Assembly: GCA_016235455.1 (NCBI GenBank) | Contig: JACRKZ010000015.1 | Location: forward strand, 1-16,841 | DNA length: 16,841 nt | Reading direction: 5' to 3' | Source of the DNA: Armatimonadota bacterium | GTDB lineage: Bacteria > Armatimonadota > UBA10988 | Shown here: piece by piece, positions 8,338-16,203 of the stretch | How the letters are laid out: each line of letters begins with the position of its first letter | Numbering within the stretch: position 1 is the stretch's first letter | Position numbers and translations under genes: made by a program | Notes under the pieces: generated by a model | Databases searched by the model: none | What the model saw: the letters and a program-made list of their open reading frames with translations, nothing else | Told to the model about the DNA's origin: nothing

Positions 8338-10005
8338 ATGCCCGCTCTCACCCGCCGTCTCGCCGCGCTCGGCGCGCTGTTGTTCGTCTGTCTGCCGGCG
8401 CTGGCCGCCGAGGCCGACCAGCCCTGGCTCAAGCCCGACCCGGCGGCGCTGGCGCGCTGGCGGGACATGCGCTTTGGCATGTTCATCCATTGGGGTCCGG
8501 TCAGCCTGACCGCCAAGGAGATCGGCTGGTCGCGCGGCGGGGGCACGCCGATCGAGGTCTACGACAACCTGTACAAGCAGTTCAACCCGACCGCGTTCAA
8601 CGCCGATGAATGGGTCGCCATCGCCAAGGCGGCGGGCATGAAGTACATCATCCTGACCACCAAGCACCACGATGGCTTCTGCTTGTGGGACACCGAGCTG
8701 ACCGACTACAACATCATGAACAGCCCCTTCGGGCGCGATGTGGTCAAGGAACTGGCAGCCGCCTGCCGCAAGGGCGGCATCGCCTTTGGCACCTACTACT
8801 CGGTCTGCGACTGGCACCACCCCAACTTCCCGCTGACCAGCCCCGGCGGCAGCGTGAAGCGCGAGAAGTACGACCTGGACGCCTACAACAAGTACCTGCT
8901 TGGCCAGATCAAAGAACTGCTCACCAACTACGGCCCGCTGCTGACCATCTGGAACGACGTGCCGCAGATGTTCCAGCATCGCGGCGTGGAGACCATGAAG
9001 ATGGGCCGCGGGTTGCAGCCCGACCTGCTCTTCAACAACCGCACCGGTGACGGCGGCGACTACGACACGCCCGAGCAGCAGGTGGGCGCGTTCTCGAACA
9101 AGCGCGCCTGGGAGTCGTGCATGACCGTCTCGGCGCACAACGCCTGGGCCTGGGGTGGCGCGGCCGACGGCGTGAAGCCATTGAGCGCCTGTATCACCAT
9201 GTTGGTGCGCTGCGCCGGCGGTGATGGCAACTGCCTGCTCAATGTCGGCCCGCGGCCCGACGGCGTCATCGACCCAGCCCAGGCCAACCGCCTGCGCGAG
9301 GTCGGCGACTGGCTCAAGACCGCCGGCGAGAGCATCTACGGCACGCGCGGCGGCCCCTGGAAGCCGACCAAGAACCTGGTCAGCACGCGCCGCGACAATG
9401 CCGTCTACTTGCACATCCTGCACAGCGACGACGGCCAGGTGGAACTGCCCGACCTGGCCGCCAAAGTGCAGTCGGCAACGCTCCTGGGCGGCGCGACCGT
9501 GACCTGCGCGCAGCAGGACGGCAAGCTCACCCTGACCATCCCCAAGCCCGCGGCCGACGCGGTCGACACCGTGATCAAGCTGACGCTGGGCAAGTCGGCC
9601 ATGGACCTGCCAGTGCAGGCGGCAGCGCCCAGCATGCCGGCCACCGCCTCCAACGTGTATGCCAAGCAGGTGGACGAGTACGGCCCGGAGATGGCCTTCG
9701 ACGGCGAGGAGGGCACGCGCTGGGCCACCGACGGCGGCACCAAACAGGCTTGGATCGCGGTTGACCTGGGCGCGGCCAAGCCCATCGGGGCAGTACGCAT
9801 CGACGAGGCCATCGCCGTGCGCGTGACCAGGTTCGAGCTGCAATACCGCGAGGGCGAGGCCTGGAAGACCGCCTTCGCAGGTGAGAAGATCGGCCCGCAC
9901 TACCGCCGGTCGTTCCCGGCGGTGACCGCGCGCGAGTGGCGGCTCAACATCCTGGACGCCAGCGACGGGCCGACCATCAATGAGATTGAGTTGCTGGAGA
10001 AGTAG
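8338..10005 (+). CDS. Exported GH29 alpha-L-fucosidase with C-terminal F5/8 type C (CBM32-like) domain
   Basis: AGGAGG RBS at 8326-8331 before ATG 8338; signal peptide. GH29 motifs FGMFIHWG, TTKHHDGFCLWDT, YYS..DW, IWND (putative nucleophile Asp at 8956-8958), NNR, YDTPEQ, WESCMT, LLNVGP. From about 9637: ATASN...AFDG...TRWAT...WIAVDLG...RLNI...PTINEIEL (discoidin pattern). Confidence 0.93.
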   Translation: MPALTRRLAALGALLFVCLPALAAEADQPWLKPDPAALARWRDMRFGMFIHWGPVSLTAKEIGWSRGGGTPIEVYDNLYKQFNPTAFNADEWVAIAKAAGMKYIILTTKHHDGFCLWDTELTDYNIMNSPFGRDVVKELAAACRKGGIAFGTYYSVCDWHHPNFPLTSPGGSVKREKYDLDAYNKYLLGQIKELLTNYGPLLTIWNDVPQMFQHRGVETMKMGRGLQPDLLFNNRTGDGGDYDTPEQQVGAFSNKRAWESCMTVSAHNAWAWGGAADGVKPLSACITMLVRCAGGDGNCLLNVGPRPDGVIDPAQANRLREVGDWLKTAGESIYGTRGGPWKPTKNLVSTRRDNAVYLHILHSDDGQVELPDLAAKVQSATLLGGATVTCAQQDGKLTLTIPKPAADAVDTVIKLTLGKSAMDLPVQAAAPSMPATASNVYAKQVDEYGPEMAFDGEEGTRWATDGGTKQAWIAVDLGAAKPIGAVRIDEAIAVRVTRFELQYREGEAWKTAFAGEKIGPHYRRSFPAVTAREWRLNILDASDGPTINEIELLEK

Positions 10006-10113
10006 CGCCGTTTTTGGGCCTTGCCTCGCGCGCTTTGGTGCACGAGACTGCGCGTTGATAGACCGTGGTGCCGAGTCGGACGTCAGGCATCGGCGGCCGT
10101 CGCGGAGAGACCG

Positions 10114-11832
10114 ATGCGTGTCTGTTGGCGGTGGCTGTGCTGTGGCGCGTTGGCGCTGTTGGTTGGCTGTGGCACCAGCAGCAACGGAGGCGGAGGCGGT
10201 ACCCCGCACGGCAATGTGGTGGCCTCGGCCCTGCAAGGCTACGTCGTGCCACCCACGGCGCGCGCCAGTGGCGTCACTCTGTCCGCCACGGCACCCGCCG
10301 GCGGTGGCTTGGCCGGCGCGGCAGTCAAGGTCGTTGACCGCCACGGCGCCACCCTCGCTGCCACCGTCACCGCTGCGGACGGCGGGTTCGAACTGACCGC
10401 CATCCCCTTTGCCGGCACCACGCAGTTGACCGTGACGCCCAGCGGCGGTGCGGCCACCACCTTCTGGGTGACGCTCGTCAATGCGCGAACCGTGCACGCC
10501 GGCCAGGTGTTCGCCTTCAATCGCGCTCTGGCGGTCGCGGCCGTGCAGGCGCTGGCGCCGGCCGGCGCGCTGGTCGCCGTCACCCAGAACCCGCTGCCGG
10601 CCAACACCGAAGTACACCCCACGTTCGGCGACGCCAACAGCGCCCAGATACCCGACACCGCGGCTCACCTGACCCTGTTGGATGAGTGGTTGGGGCTCAT
10701 CGACCCCACGCCGACCGCGCCCTTCAGCCATCCCGTGCGCTACGTCTTCGTCGACGCCGCGGGCGGGGCGGTGACGACCATGGACGACCAGGCCTGGCTG
10801 CCCTCGGTCAACTTCGTGCCCATGTGGGACTATGAGCGCGACCTGCTGCGCTATGTCGGCACGCTGCCGTCGGCCCACGCGCTGCTGACCGCGGCCGACC
10901 CCGTGGCCGCCGGGGCGGTGGTGGCCTCGCCCGATGTGGTCAGCTTCCCGCCAAGCACCCCGCTGCCTCGCCAGACGCCGGGCGCGGCCGCCCGCCAGGG
11001 CGGCAACCCGGACTACTTTGCGCTGATCTGGATCGGCGTGCCCGAGGTCTGGTTCCTGGCCGATGAGAGCCGCGTCAACACTTGGTTCCAGTCGATCGGC
11101 GTGCCCTCGGACCACATCTGGGCCAAGACGGGCGTGCTGTACAACGTGGACGACCCGATGGTCCCACCCTTGCGCGCTGAGACGGCGTTGACACCAGGCC
11201 TGGGGCTGGCCCAGCGCACGCGCGAGGCGGCGCTCGGCTTCACGGCGGTCGAAGCCGCGGTGCGCAAGCGCCGCGCCGAGGGTGGCTTCCCCACGCTGTT
11301 CGTCTGGGCCGAGTCGCACGGGGACAAGAGTGGCCGGCTGCGCGATCTCGATCTCGACGAGGGCATCGGCTCCACGGCCTATAACCTCGCCCTCAAGATC
11401 GGCTCGTTCTTCAGCAGCGACCTCAAGAAGATCACCCCGCCAGAGATCACGGCGCTCCCGCTGCGCTACATCGACGATGTGCTGCCCATCCATCTGACCA
11501 GTGCGTGCGATGTCCGCGCCTGGGCGGCCACCTGCTTCAGCTACAACCACCTGCAGCGCTGGCGCGCCAACTTCCTGAGCACGCAGCACGACGTCATCCT
11601 GTACTCCTCATCAGGCGACGTGCCGAGCCGTGGCAACGGTTTCATCTCGCAGTTCGACAACTACTTCCACGGCGATGAGACCCACTTCACGGAGTTGGGC
11701 CTGAACTTCACGCGGCAAGTGACCGGCAACACGCCTCCGGCCTACACGCCCTACGCCAGCCCGCCGGGCAGCACCGGTCCGCAGACCTGGGCGCGCCGGA
11801 CCACCTGCCGGCCGGCAACGCCGGGTCGGTGA
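10114..11832 (+). CDS. Predicted lipoprotein with carboxypeptidase-regulatory-like beta-sandwich and putative clan CD (caspase/legumain-like) cysteine peptidase domain
   Basis: GGAG precedes ATG 10114. Lipobox LVG-C is followed by a Gly/Ser linker (GTSSNGGGGG). LAGAAVKVVD...TVTAADGGFEL resembles a CarboxypepD_reg-like domain. The C-terminal half has YFALIWIG...LFVWAESHG (His 11317-11319)...RAWAATCFS (Cys 11533-11535)...VILYSSS. The CDS and lipoprotein calls are firmer than the protease call. Confidence 0.6.
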   Translation: MRVCWRWLCCGALALLVGCGTSSNGGGGGTPHGNVVASALQGYVVPPTARASGVTLSATAPAGGGLAGAAVKVVDRHGATLAATVTAADGGFELTAIPFAGTTQLTVTPSGGAATTFWVTLVNARTVHAGQVFAFNRALAVAAVQALAPAGALVAVTQNPLPANTEVHPTFGDANSAQIPDTAAHLTLLDEWLGLIDPTPTAPFSHPVRYVFVDAAGGAVTTMDDQAWLPSVNFVPMWDYERDLLRYVGTLPSAHALLTAADPVAAGAVVASPDVVSFPPSTPLPRQTPGAAARQGGNPDYFALIWIGVPEVWFLADESRVNTWFQSIGVPSDHIWAKTGVLYNVDDPMVPPLRAETALTPGLGLAQRTREAALGFTAVEAAVRKRRAEGGFPTLFVWAESHGDKSGRLRDLDLDEGIGSTAYNLALKIGSFFSSDLKKITPPEITALPLRYIDDVLPIHLTSACDVRAWAATCFSYNHLQRWRANFLSTQHDVILYSSSGDVPSRGNGFISQFDNYFHGDETHFTELGLNFTRQVTGNTPPAYTPYASPPGSTGPQTWARRTTCRPATPGR

Positions 11833-11933
11833 GGCGTGTGCTGGCCCAGCGGCGCAAACCAGCCCGTGCGCCACGGACCGGTGGCTCGCCGGCCTGGCCA
11901 CGTAGCCGACACGACGCGCGCACGGCATCGCCG

Positions 11934-11968
11934 TTGACACAGGGTATGTGGACACATAGACTGTGGAC
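11934..11968 (+). promoter_or_regulatory. Sigma70 promoter of the TA operon overlapped by tandem palindromic operators
   Basis: TTGACA (11934-11939), 17-nt spacer, TAGACT (11957-11962). A 15-nt tandem repeat, GACACA-N5-TGTG (11936-11950 and 11951-11965), has each unit as a CACA/TGTG inverted repeat. The junction gives TATGTG-GA-CACATA (11945-11958). RBS GGAG at 11970-11973. Confidence 0.8.
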
Positions 11969-11979
11969 TGGAGACGGCG

Positions 11980-12210
11980 ATGCCGAACGTCACGATAGCA
12001 CTGGATGAGGCAACGCTGAAGGCCAGCCGCGAGTATGCGGCGGCACATGGCACGACGCTGAACGAGATGATCCGCCGAATGCTGCGTCAAGCAACGCAGA
12101 GCGACAGCCCTGCTGACTGGGCTCAGCAGTTCATCACCCTGGCCGCGACCGCCGGTGGCCACTCGCATGGCCAGCGCTGGACTCGGGACGAACTGCACGA
12201 GCGACGGTGA
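11980..12210 (+). CDS. VapB-type antitoxin (ribbon-helix-helix, DUF6364-like)
   Basis: 76 aa. N-terminal NVTIALDEATLKASREYAAAHGTTLNEMIRRML fits an RHH pattern, and the C-terminal WTRDELHER is typical of PIN-associated antitoxins. Lies directly upstream of a PIN gene. Confidence 0.85.
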   Translation: MPNVTIALDEATLKASREYAAAHGTTLNEMIRRMLRQATQSDSPADWAQQFITLAATAGGHSHGQRWTRDELHERR

Positions 12211-12227
12211 AGCCAGGAGCGCTGACG

Positions 12228-12644
12228 ATGGCCGACAAAGTGTTTGTCGACACCAACGTGTTCGTCTATGCCGCGGACGCGTCAGAGCCGACCAAGCAGG
12301 CGCGCGCGCGTGCGTTGGTTCTGCGGATCGGCGAGGCGGGCGGCGGCGTGATATCGAGCCAAGTCCTGGGGGAGTTCTACGTGGCGGCCACGCGCAAACT
12401 CGGCTTGGCGGCGCGTGACGCACGGACGATGGTGTCTGCCATGGCTCAGAGTGACGTGGTCAGCGTTGACGCCACGTTGGTGTCAGAGGCCATGGCCTGC
12501 GCCGAACTGGATCAGATCGCCTACTACGACGCCCTCATTGTCGTCGCCGCCGCGCGTGCCCGCTGCCGCACGCTCTACACCGAAGACCTCAACGCCGGCC
12601 ACGTAATCCGCGGCGTACGTGTGGTGAACCCGTTCGCCGACTGA
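12228..12644 (+). CDS. vapC: PIN-domain ribonuclease toxin (VapC family)
   Basis: VFVDTNVFVYA, ISSQVLGEF, YYDALIVVAA, LYTEDLNAG, VVNPF, with the acidic PIN residues present. ATG 12228 follows AGGAG (12215-12219). An alternative GTG at 12207 overlaps the antitoxin stop (GTGA). Confidence 0.92.
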   Translation: MADKVFVDTNVFVYAADASEPTKQARARALVLRIGEAGGGVISSQVLGEFYVAATRKLGLAARDARTMVSAMAQSDVVSVDATLVSEAMACAELDQIAYYDALIVVAAARARCRTLYTEDLNAGHVIRGVRVVNPFAD

Positions 12645-12696
12645 CGCGCAGGACTCCCGCCTCGCCCGCCGAACACCCCGCCAGCGAGACCCGCCC

Positions 12697-13431
12697 ATGA
12701 CGCGCTATCTGCTGCTGGCACTGATCACCGCCCTGCCCACCGTCGCCCAGGACGCGCCCGCGAAGCTGCGCATCCTCGTCGCCACCGGCGGTCACGATTT
12801 CGAGCGCAAGCCGTTCGAGACCATGTGGAACGAGCTGCCGGGCATCGCCTGGCGCGAGGCTCAGCATCCCGACGTCCACCGGCTCTTCCGGCCCGACGCC
12901 GCGCGCGACTACGACGTGCTGGTGCTCTACGACATGCCCAGCGCCATCAGCGACGAAGCCAAGGCCGATCTGGTCGCGCTGCTGACCGCCGGCAAGCCGC
13001 TGGTCGCACTGCACCACAGCCTCGGCGGCTACGACGCCTGGCCCGAGTACTGGGCCATCCTCGGCGGGCACTACATGCTCGCGCCACACAGGCTCAACGG
13101 CATCGACTACCCGGCCTCGACCTATGAGCATGACGTCACCTTCCCGGTCAAGGTGGTCGACCCTAAGCATCCCGTGACCAAGGGGCTCGCCGACTTCGAC
13201 CTGCTCGACGAGGTCTATGGCCGGTTCTGGGTGGCGCCGAACTCGACTCCGCTGCTTACCACCACCGAGCCCAAGTCCAGCCCGACGCTGGGCTGGACCC
13301 ACCGCTACGGCCGCTCGCAGGTGGTCTACCTCGAGCCCGGCCACGGCCCCACCTCGTGGAACAACCCGGTCTACCGCACGCTGTTGGTCAATGCCATCCA
13401 CTTTGCCTACGACCAGACAATAACCCGCTAG
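12697..13431 (+). CDS. Exported ThuA-like domain protein (class I glutamine amidotransferase-like fold), function unknown
   Basis: Signal peptide; LRILVATGGHDF, YDVLVLYD, LVALHHS, ILGG, HPVTKGL..F...DEVY, VVYLEPGH...WNNPVYR..LVNAI. Confidence 0.85.
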   Translation: MTRYLLLALITALPTVAQDAPAKLRILVATGGHDFERKPFETMWNELPGIAWREAQHPDVHRLFRPDAARDYDVLVLYDMPSAISDEAKADLVALLTAGKPLVALHHSLGGYDAWPEYWAILGGHYMLAPHRLNGIDYPASTYEHDVTFPVKVVDPKHPVTKGLADFDLLDEVYGRFWVAPNSTPLLTTTEPKSSPTLGWTHRYGRSQVVYLEPGHGPTSWNNPVYRTLLVNAIHFAYDQTITR

Positions 13432-13482
13432 CCATGTAGGACATCGTCACCAGACGTCCAATCCACGGCTAGGAGCTACTCC

Positions 13483-16146
13483 ATGGCCAGAGGAATGTGG
13501 TTGGGTCTGCTGCTCGCGGGCCAGGCGGTCATCGCGGCGCCGGCCGCGGATTTCGTGGTTGCGCCCGGCGGCAGCGACAAGGATCCCGGCACGGCGGCCA
13601 AGCCGTTCGCCAGCCTCAACCGCGCGCGGCTGGCCGTACGCGAGTTGCGCGCGGCGCAGCCCACGCGTTCGGGGCCGGTCACGGTGCAGGTGCGCGGCGG
13701 CTGGTACACGCTGACCGCGCCGCTGGCCTTCGAGCCGCAGGACTCGGGCACCGCCTCCTCGCCGACGGTCTATGCCGCCGCGCCCGGCGAGACGCCAGTG
13801 CTCTCCGGCGGCCGGCGGCTGAGCGGCTGGACCGTGAAGGACGGGCGCTGGACCCTGACACTGCCCGCCGACATGCCGGCCTTCAGCCAGTTGTTCGTCA
13901 ACAGCCAGCCACGCTTCCGGCCGCGCCTGCCCAAGACCGGCTACTACACCATCGCCGGCGACCTGGAGCCCAGCGCCGCGGCCCAGGGCAAGGGCCACGA
14001 CCGCTTCACCTTCAAGGCGGGCGATCTGAAGCCCGACTGGAAGAACCTGGCCGATGTCGAGGTGCTCTCGTTCAACGAATGGAACATGAGCCGCCTGCGC
14101 ATCGCCAAGATCGACCCGGCCACCAACGAAGTGGCCTTCACCGGTCCGACCTGCAACACGAGCTACTGGGCCGCGCTGCGGCGTGGCTACCGCTACCTGG
14201 TCGACAACGTGGCCGAGGCGCTCGACACACCCGGCCAATGGTACCTGGACAAGGCCACGCGCCAACTCACCTACCTGCCGCTGCCCGGCGAGACCCCCCG
14301 GACCACCGTGGTCGTCGCGCCGGTCATCGAGGAGCTGATCCGCATCAAGGGCGATGCCGCCGCCGGCCTGCCGGTGACCCAGGTGCAGCTTGCCGGGCTG
14401 ACCTTCGCCCATACCAACTGGGTCTGCCCGCTGACGGGCAACAGCTTCCCGCAGGCCGAAGCCAACCTGACCGCGGCGGTGGTAGCCAAGGGCGCGCAGA
14501 AGTGGCGCCTGACCGACTGCACCTTCGCCCATCTGGGCACCTGGGGCGTCGATCTCGGTGAGGGCTGCCGGGACAATGTCATCGAGCGCTGCACGGTGAG
14601 CGATATCGGTGCGGGCGGTATCAAGATCGGCACGACCGGCATCCCCGCCGACGAGAAGGCCTGGTCGGGCTGGACCACCGTGCGCGACTGCACCTTCAGC
14701 CATGGCGGCCGGCTGCATCCCGCGGCCATCGGCGTGTGGATCGCCCACAGCCCCAACAACGTCATCGAGCAGAACGACATCTACGACTTCTACTACACGG
14801 GCATCAGCGTCGGCTGGTCATGGGGCTATGGCCGTAGCCTGTCGCACGACAACCTGATCACCGACAACCACGTGTGGCAGATCGGTCAGGGCGTGCTGTC
14901 GGATATGGGCGGCATCTACACGCTCGGCCTGTCGCCCGGCAGCGTCATCGAGCACAACTGCTTCCACGACATCGACGCCTTCAGCTACGGCGGTTGGGGC
15001 ATCTACTTCGACGAGGGCACGAGCGACATCGTGGCTCGCAACAACCTGGTCTACCGCACCAAGACGGGCGGGTTCCACCAGCACTACGGCAAGAACAACC
15101 TGTTCGAGAACAACATCGTGGCCTATGCCCGTATCGGCCAGCTCCAGCGCACGCGCGACGAGCAGCACCATCAGTTCACGCTCGAGCGCAACATCATCCT
15201 GTGGGACCAGGGCCCGCTGATGCATGGTAACTGGGGCAGCCCCGAGCGGTTTGCGCTGAACCACAACCTCTACTGGGACACCAGCGGCTCCGACGTGCGC
15301 TTCGGCGGCATGGACCTGGCTGCCTGGCAGGCCAAGGGCGAGGACAAGGACTCGCTGGTGGCTGACCCGCAGTTCGTCGACCCCGAGAAGGGCGACTTCC
15401 GGCTCCGGCCCGGTTCACCGGCGGAGAAGGTGGGCTTCAAGCCGTTCCCGCTGAGCGGCTGGGGTCGCCGTGACGCCGCTGGCGCCTGGGCCCTGAAGCC
15501 GGCGGCGCCGGCCTACCCGCTGCCGCCCGCCACCCCGGCCGCCACGAGCATCGCCGTCGACTTCGAGGGCATGCCCGTGGGTGCCAAGCCCGACGGCTTC
15601 CAGGTCAACGAGGACGACACGGTCAAGGAGGCGAACTGCCGCGTCACCGATGAGAAGCCAGCCTCGGGCCAGCGCTGCCTCAAGCTCACCGACCGGCCTG
15701 GCCAGAAGAACATCTGGGACCCGCACTGCATCCTCGACCCGGCCTTCCAGAGCGGCGTCATCGAGGAGACATTCGACCTGCGGCTGACCGCCGGCGCCGT
15801 TCTCACGCACGAGTGGCGCGACATGACCCAGAACCCATACGTCACCGGCCCGGCCATCGCCGTGGGTGCCGACGGCACGCTCTCCGCGGCTGGCGCGGCG
15901 CGGGTCAAGCTGCCGCTCGACGCCTGGGTAAGGATCCGCATCGTCGGCGGCCTGGGCAAGCAGCAGACCGGTCTCTGGACACTGGAAGTGACGCTGCCCG
16001 GCGCCAAGCCGCAGATCTTTTCCGACCTGCCGTGTGGCAAGAGCCTGCGCGCGTTGCGCTGGGTGTGCTGGACCTCGCACGCCAACGCGGCAACGGCCTA
16101 CTACCTGGACAACATCAAGATCGCCCCGGTCAAGACCAAGCCGTAG
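13483..16146 (+). CDS. Exported right-handed parallel beta-helix protein, GH141-like, with C-terminal beta-sandwich domain
   Basis: AGGAG RBS at 13471-13475; signal peptide. FVVAPGGSD..PGT..KPFASL.RA, VRGG.Y, PVLSGG, QLFVN, LDTPGQWYLD, YTGISVGWSWGY, LSDMGGIYTLG (Asp 14902-14904), GIYFDEG (Asp 15010-15012), ADPQFVD...DFRL...SPA. An extra domain starts at about 15547 (VDFE...YYLDNIKI). Confidence 0.8.
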   Translation: MARGMWLGLLLAGQAVIAAPAADFVVAPGGSDKDPGTAAKPFASLNRARLAVRELRAAQPTRSGPVTVQVRGGWYTLTAPLAFEPQDSGTASSPTVYAAAPGETPVLSGGRRLSGWTVKDGRWTLTLPADMPAFSQLFVNSQPRFRPRLPKTGYYTIAGDLEPSAAAQGKGHDRFTFKAGDLKPDWKNLADVEVLSFNEWNMSRLRIAKIDPATNEVAFTGPTCNTSYWAALRRGYRYLVDNVAEALDTPGQWYLDKATRQLTYLPLPGETPRTTVVVAPVIEELIRIKGDAAAGLPVTQVQLAGLTFAHTNWVCPLTGNSFPQAEANLTAAVVAKGAQKWRLTDCTFAHLGTWGVDLGEGCRDNVIERCTVSDIGAGGIKIGTTGIPADEKAWSGWTTVRDCTFSHGGRLHPAAIGVWIAHSPNNVIEQNDIYDFYYTGISVGWSWGYGRSLSHDNLITDNHVWQIGQGVLSDMGGIYTLGLSPGSVIEHNCFHDIDAFSYGGWGIYFDEGTSDIVARNNLVYRTKTGGFHQHYGKNNLFENNIVAYARIGQLQRTRDEQHHQFTLERNIILWDQGPLMHGNWGSPERFALNHNLYWDTSGSDVRFGGMDLAAWQAKGEDKDSLVADPQFVDPEKGDFRLRPGSPAEKVGFKPFPLSGWGRRDAAGAWALKPAAPAYPLPPATPAATSIAVDFEGMPVGAKPDGFQVNEDDTVKEANCRVTDEKPASGQRCLKLTDRPGQKNIWDPHCILDPAFQSGVIEETFDLRLTAGAVLTHEWRDMTQNPYVTGPAIAVGADGTLSAAGAARVKLPLDAWVRIRIVGGLGKQQTGLWTLEVTLPGAKPQIFSDLPCGKSLRALRWVCWTSHANAATAYYLDNIKIAPVKTKP

Positions 16147-16164
16147 GGGCAGGGGCCGCGCGCC

Positions 16165-16186
16165 TGTGCCGGCTTCAGCCGGCACA
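16165..16186. terminator. Perfect 10-bp hairpin between convergent genes (possible bidirectional terminator or REP-like element)
   Basis: TGTGCCGGCT-TC-AGCCGGCACA lies between the stops at 16146 (+) and 16204 (-). There is no U-tract on either side, so intrinsic termination is uncertain. Confidence 0.5.
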
Positions 16187-16203
16187 ACCAACCTGGGTGC
16201 GGC

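Noticed and set aside
10021-10113. Upstream TTG start for the lipoprotein gene, and a weak TTGCCT-N17-GAGACT promoter (10021-10049)
   Set aside because: ATG 10114 has GGAG and puts the lipobox Cys at residue 19. The promoter match is too weak to list as a feature.
5911-11589. 1892-aa ORF on the - strand spanning three genes
   Set aside because: The three + genes share one frame register (starts 5326, 8338 and 10114), so their stop-poor antisense frames join up. No motifs or RBS are evident.
12589-16191. Other overlapping ORFs (e.g. 12589..13401 -, 13447..14748 -, 13497..14561 +, 15415..16191 -)
   Set aside because: Alternative-frame or antisense ORFs over well-supported genes, with R/G/A/P-rich or mirror-frame composition and no motifs.
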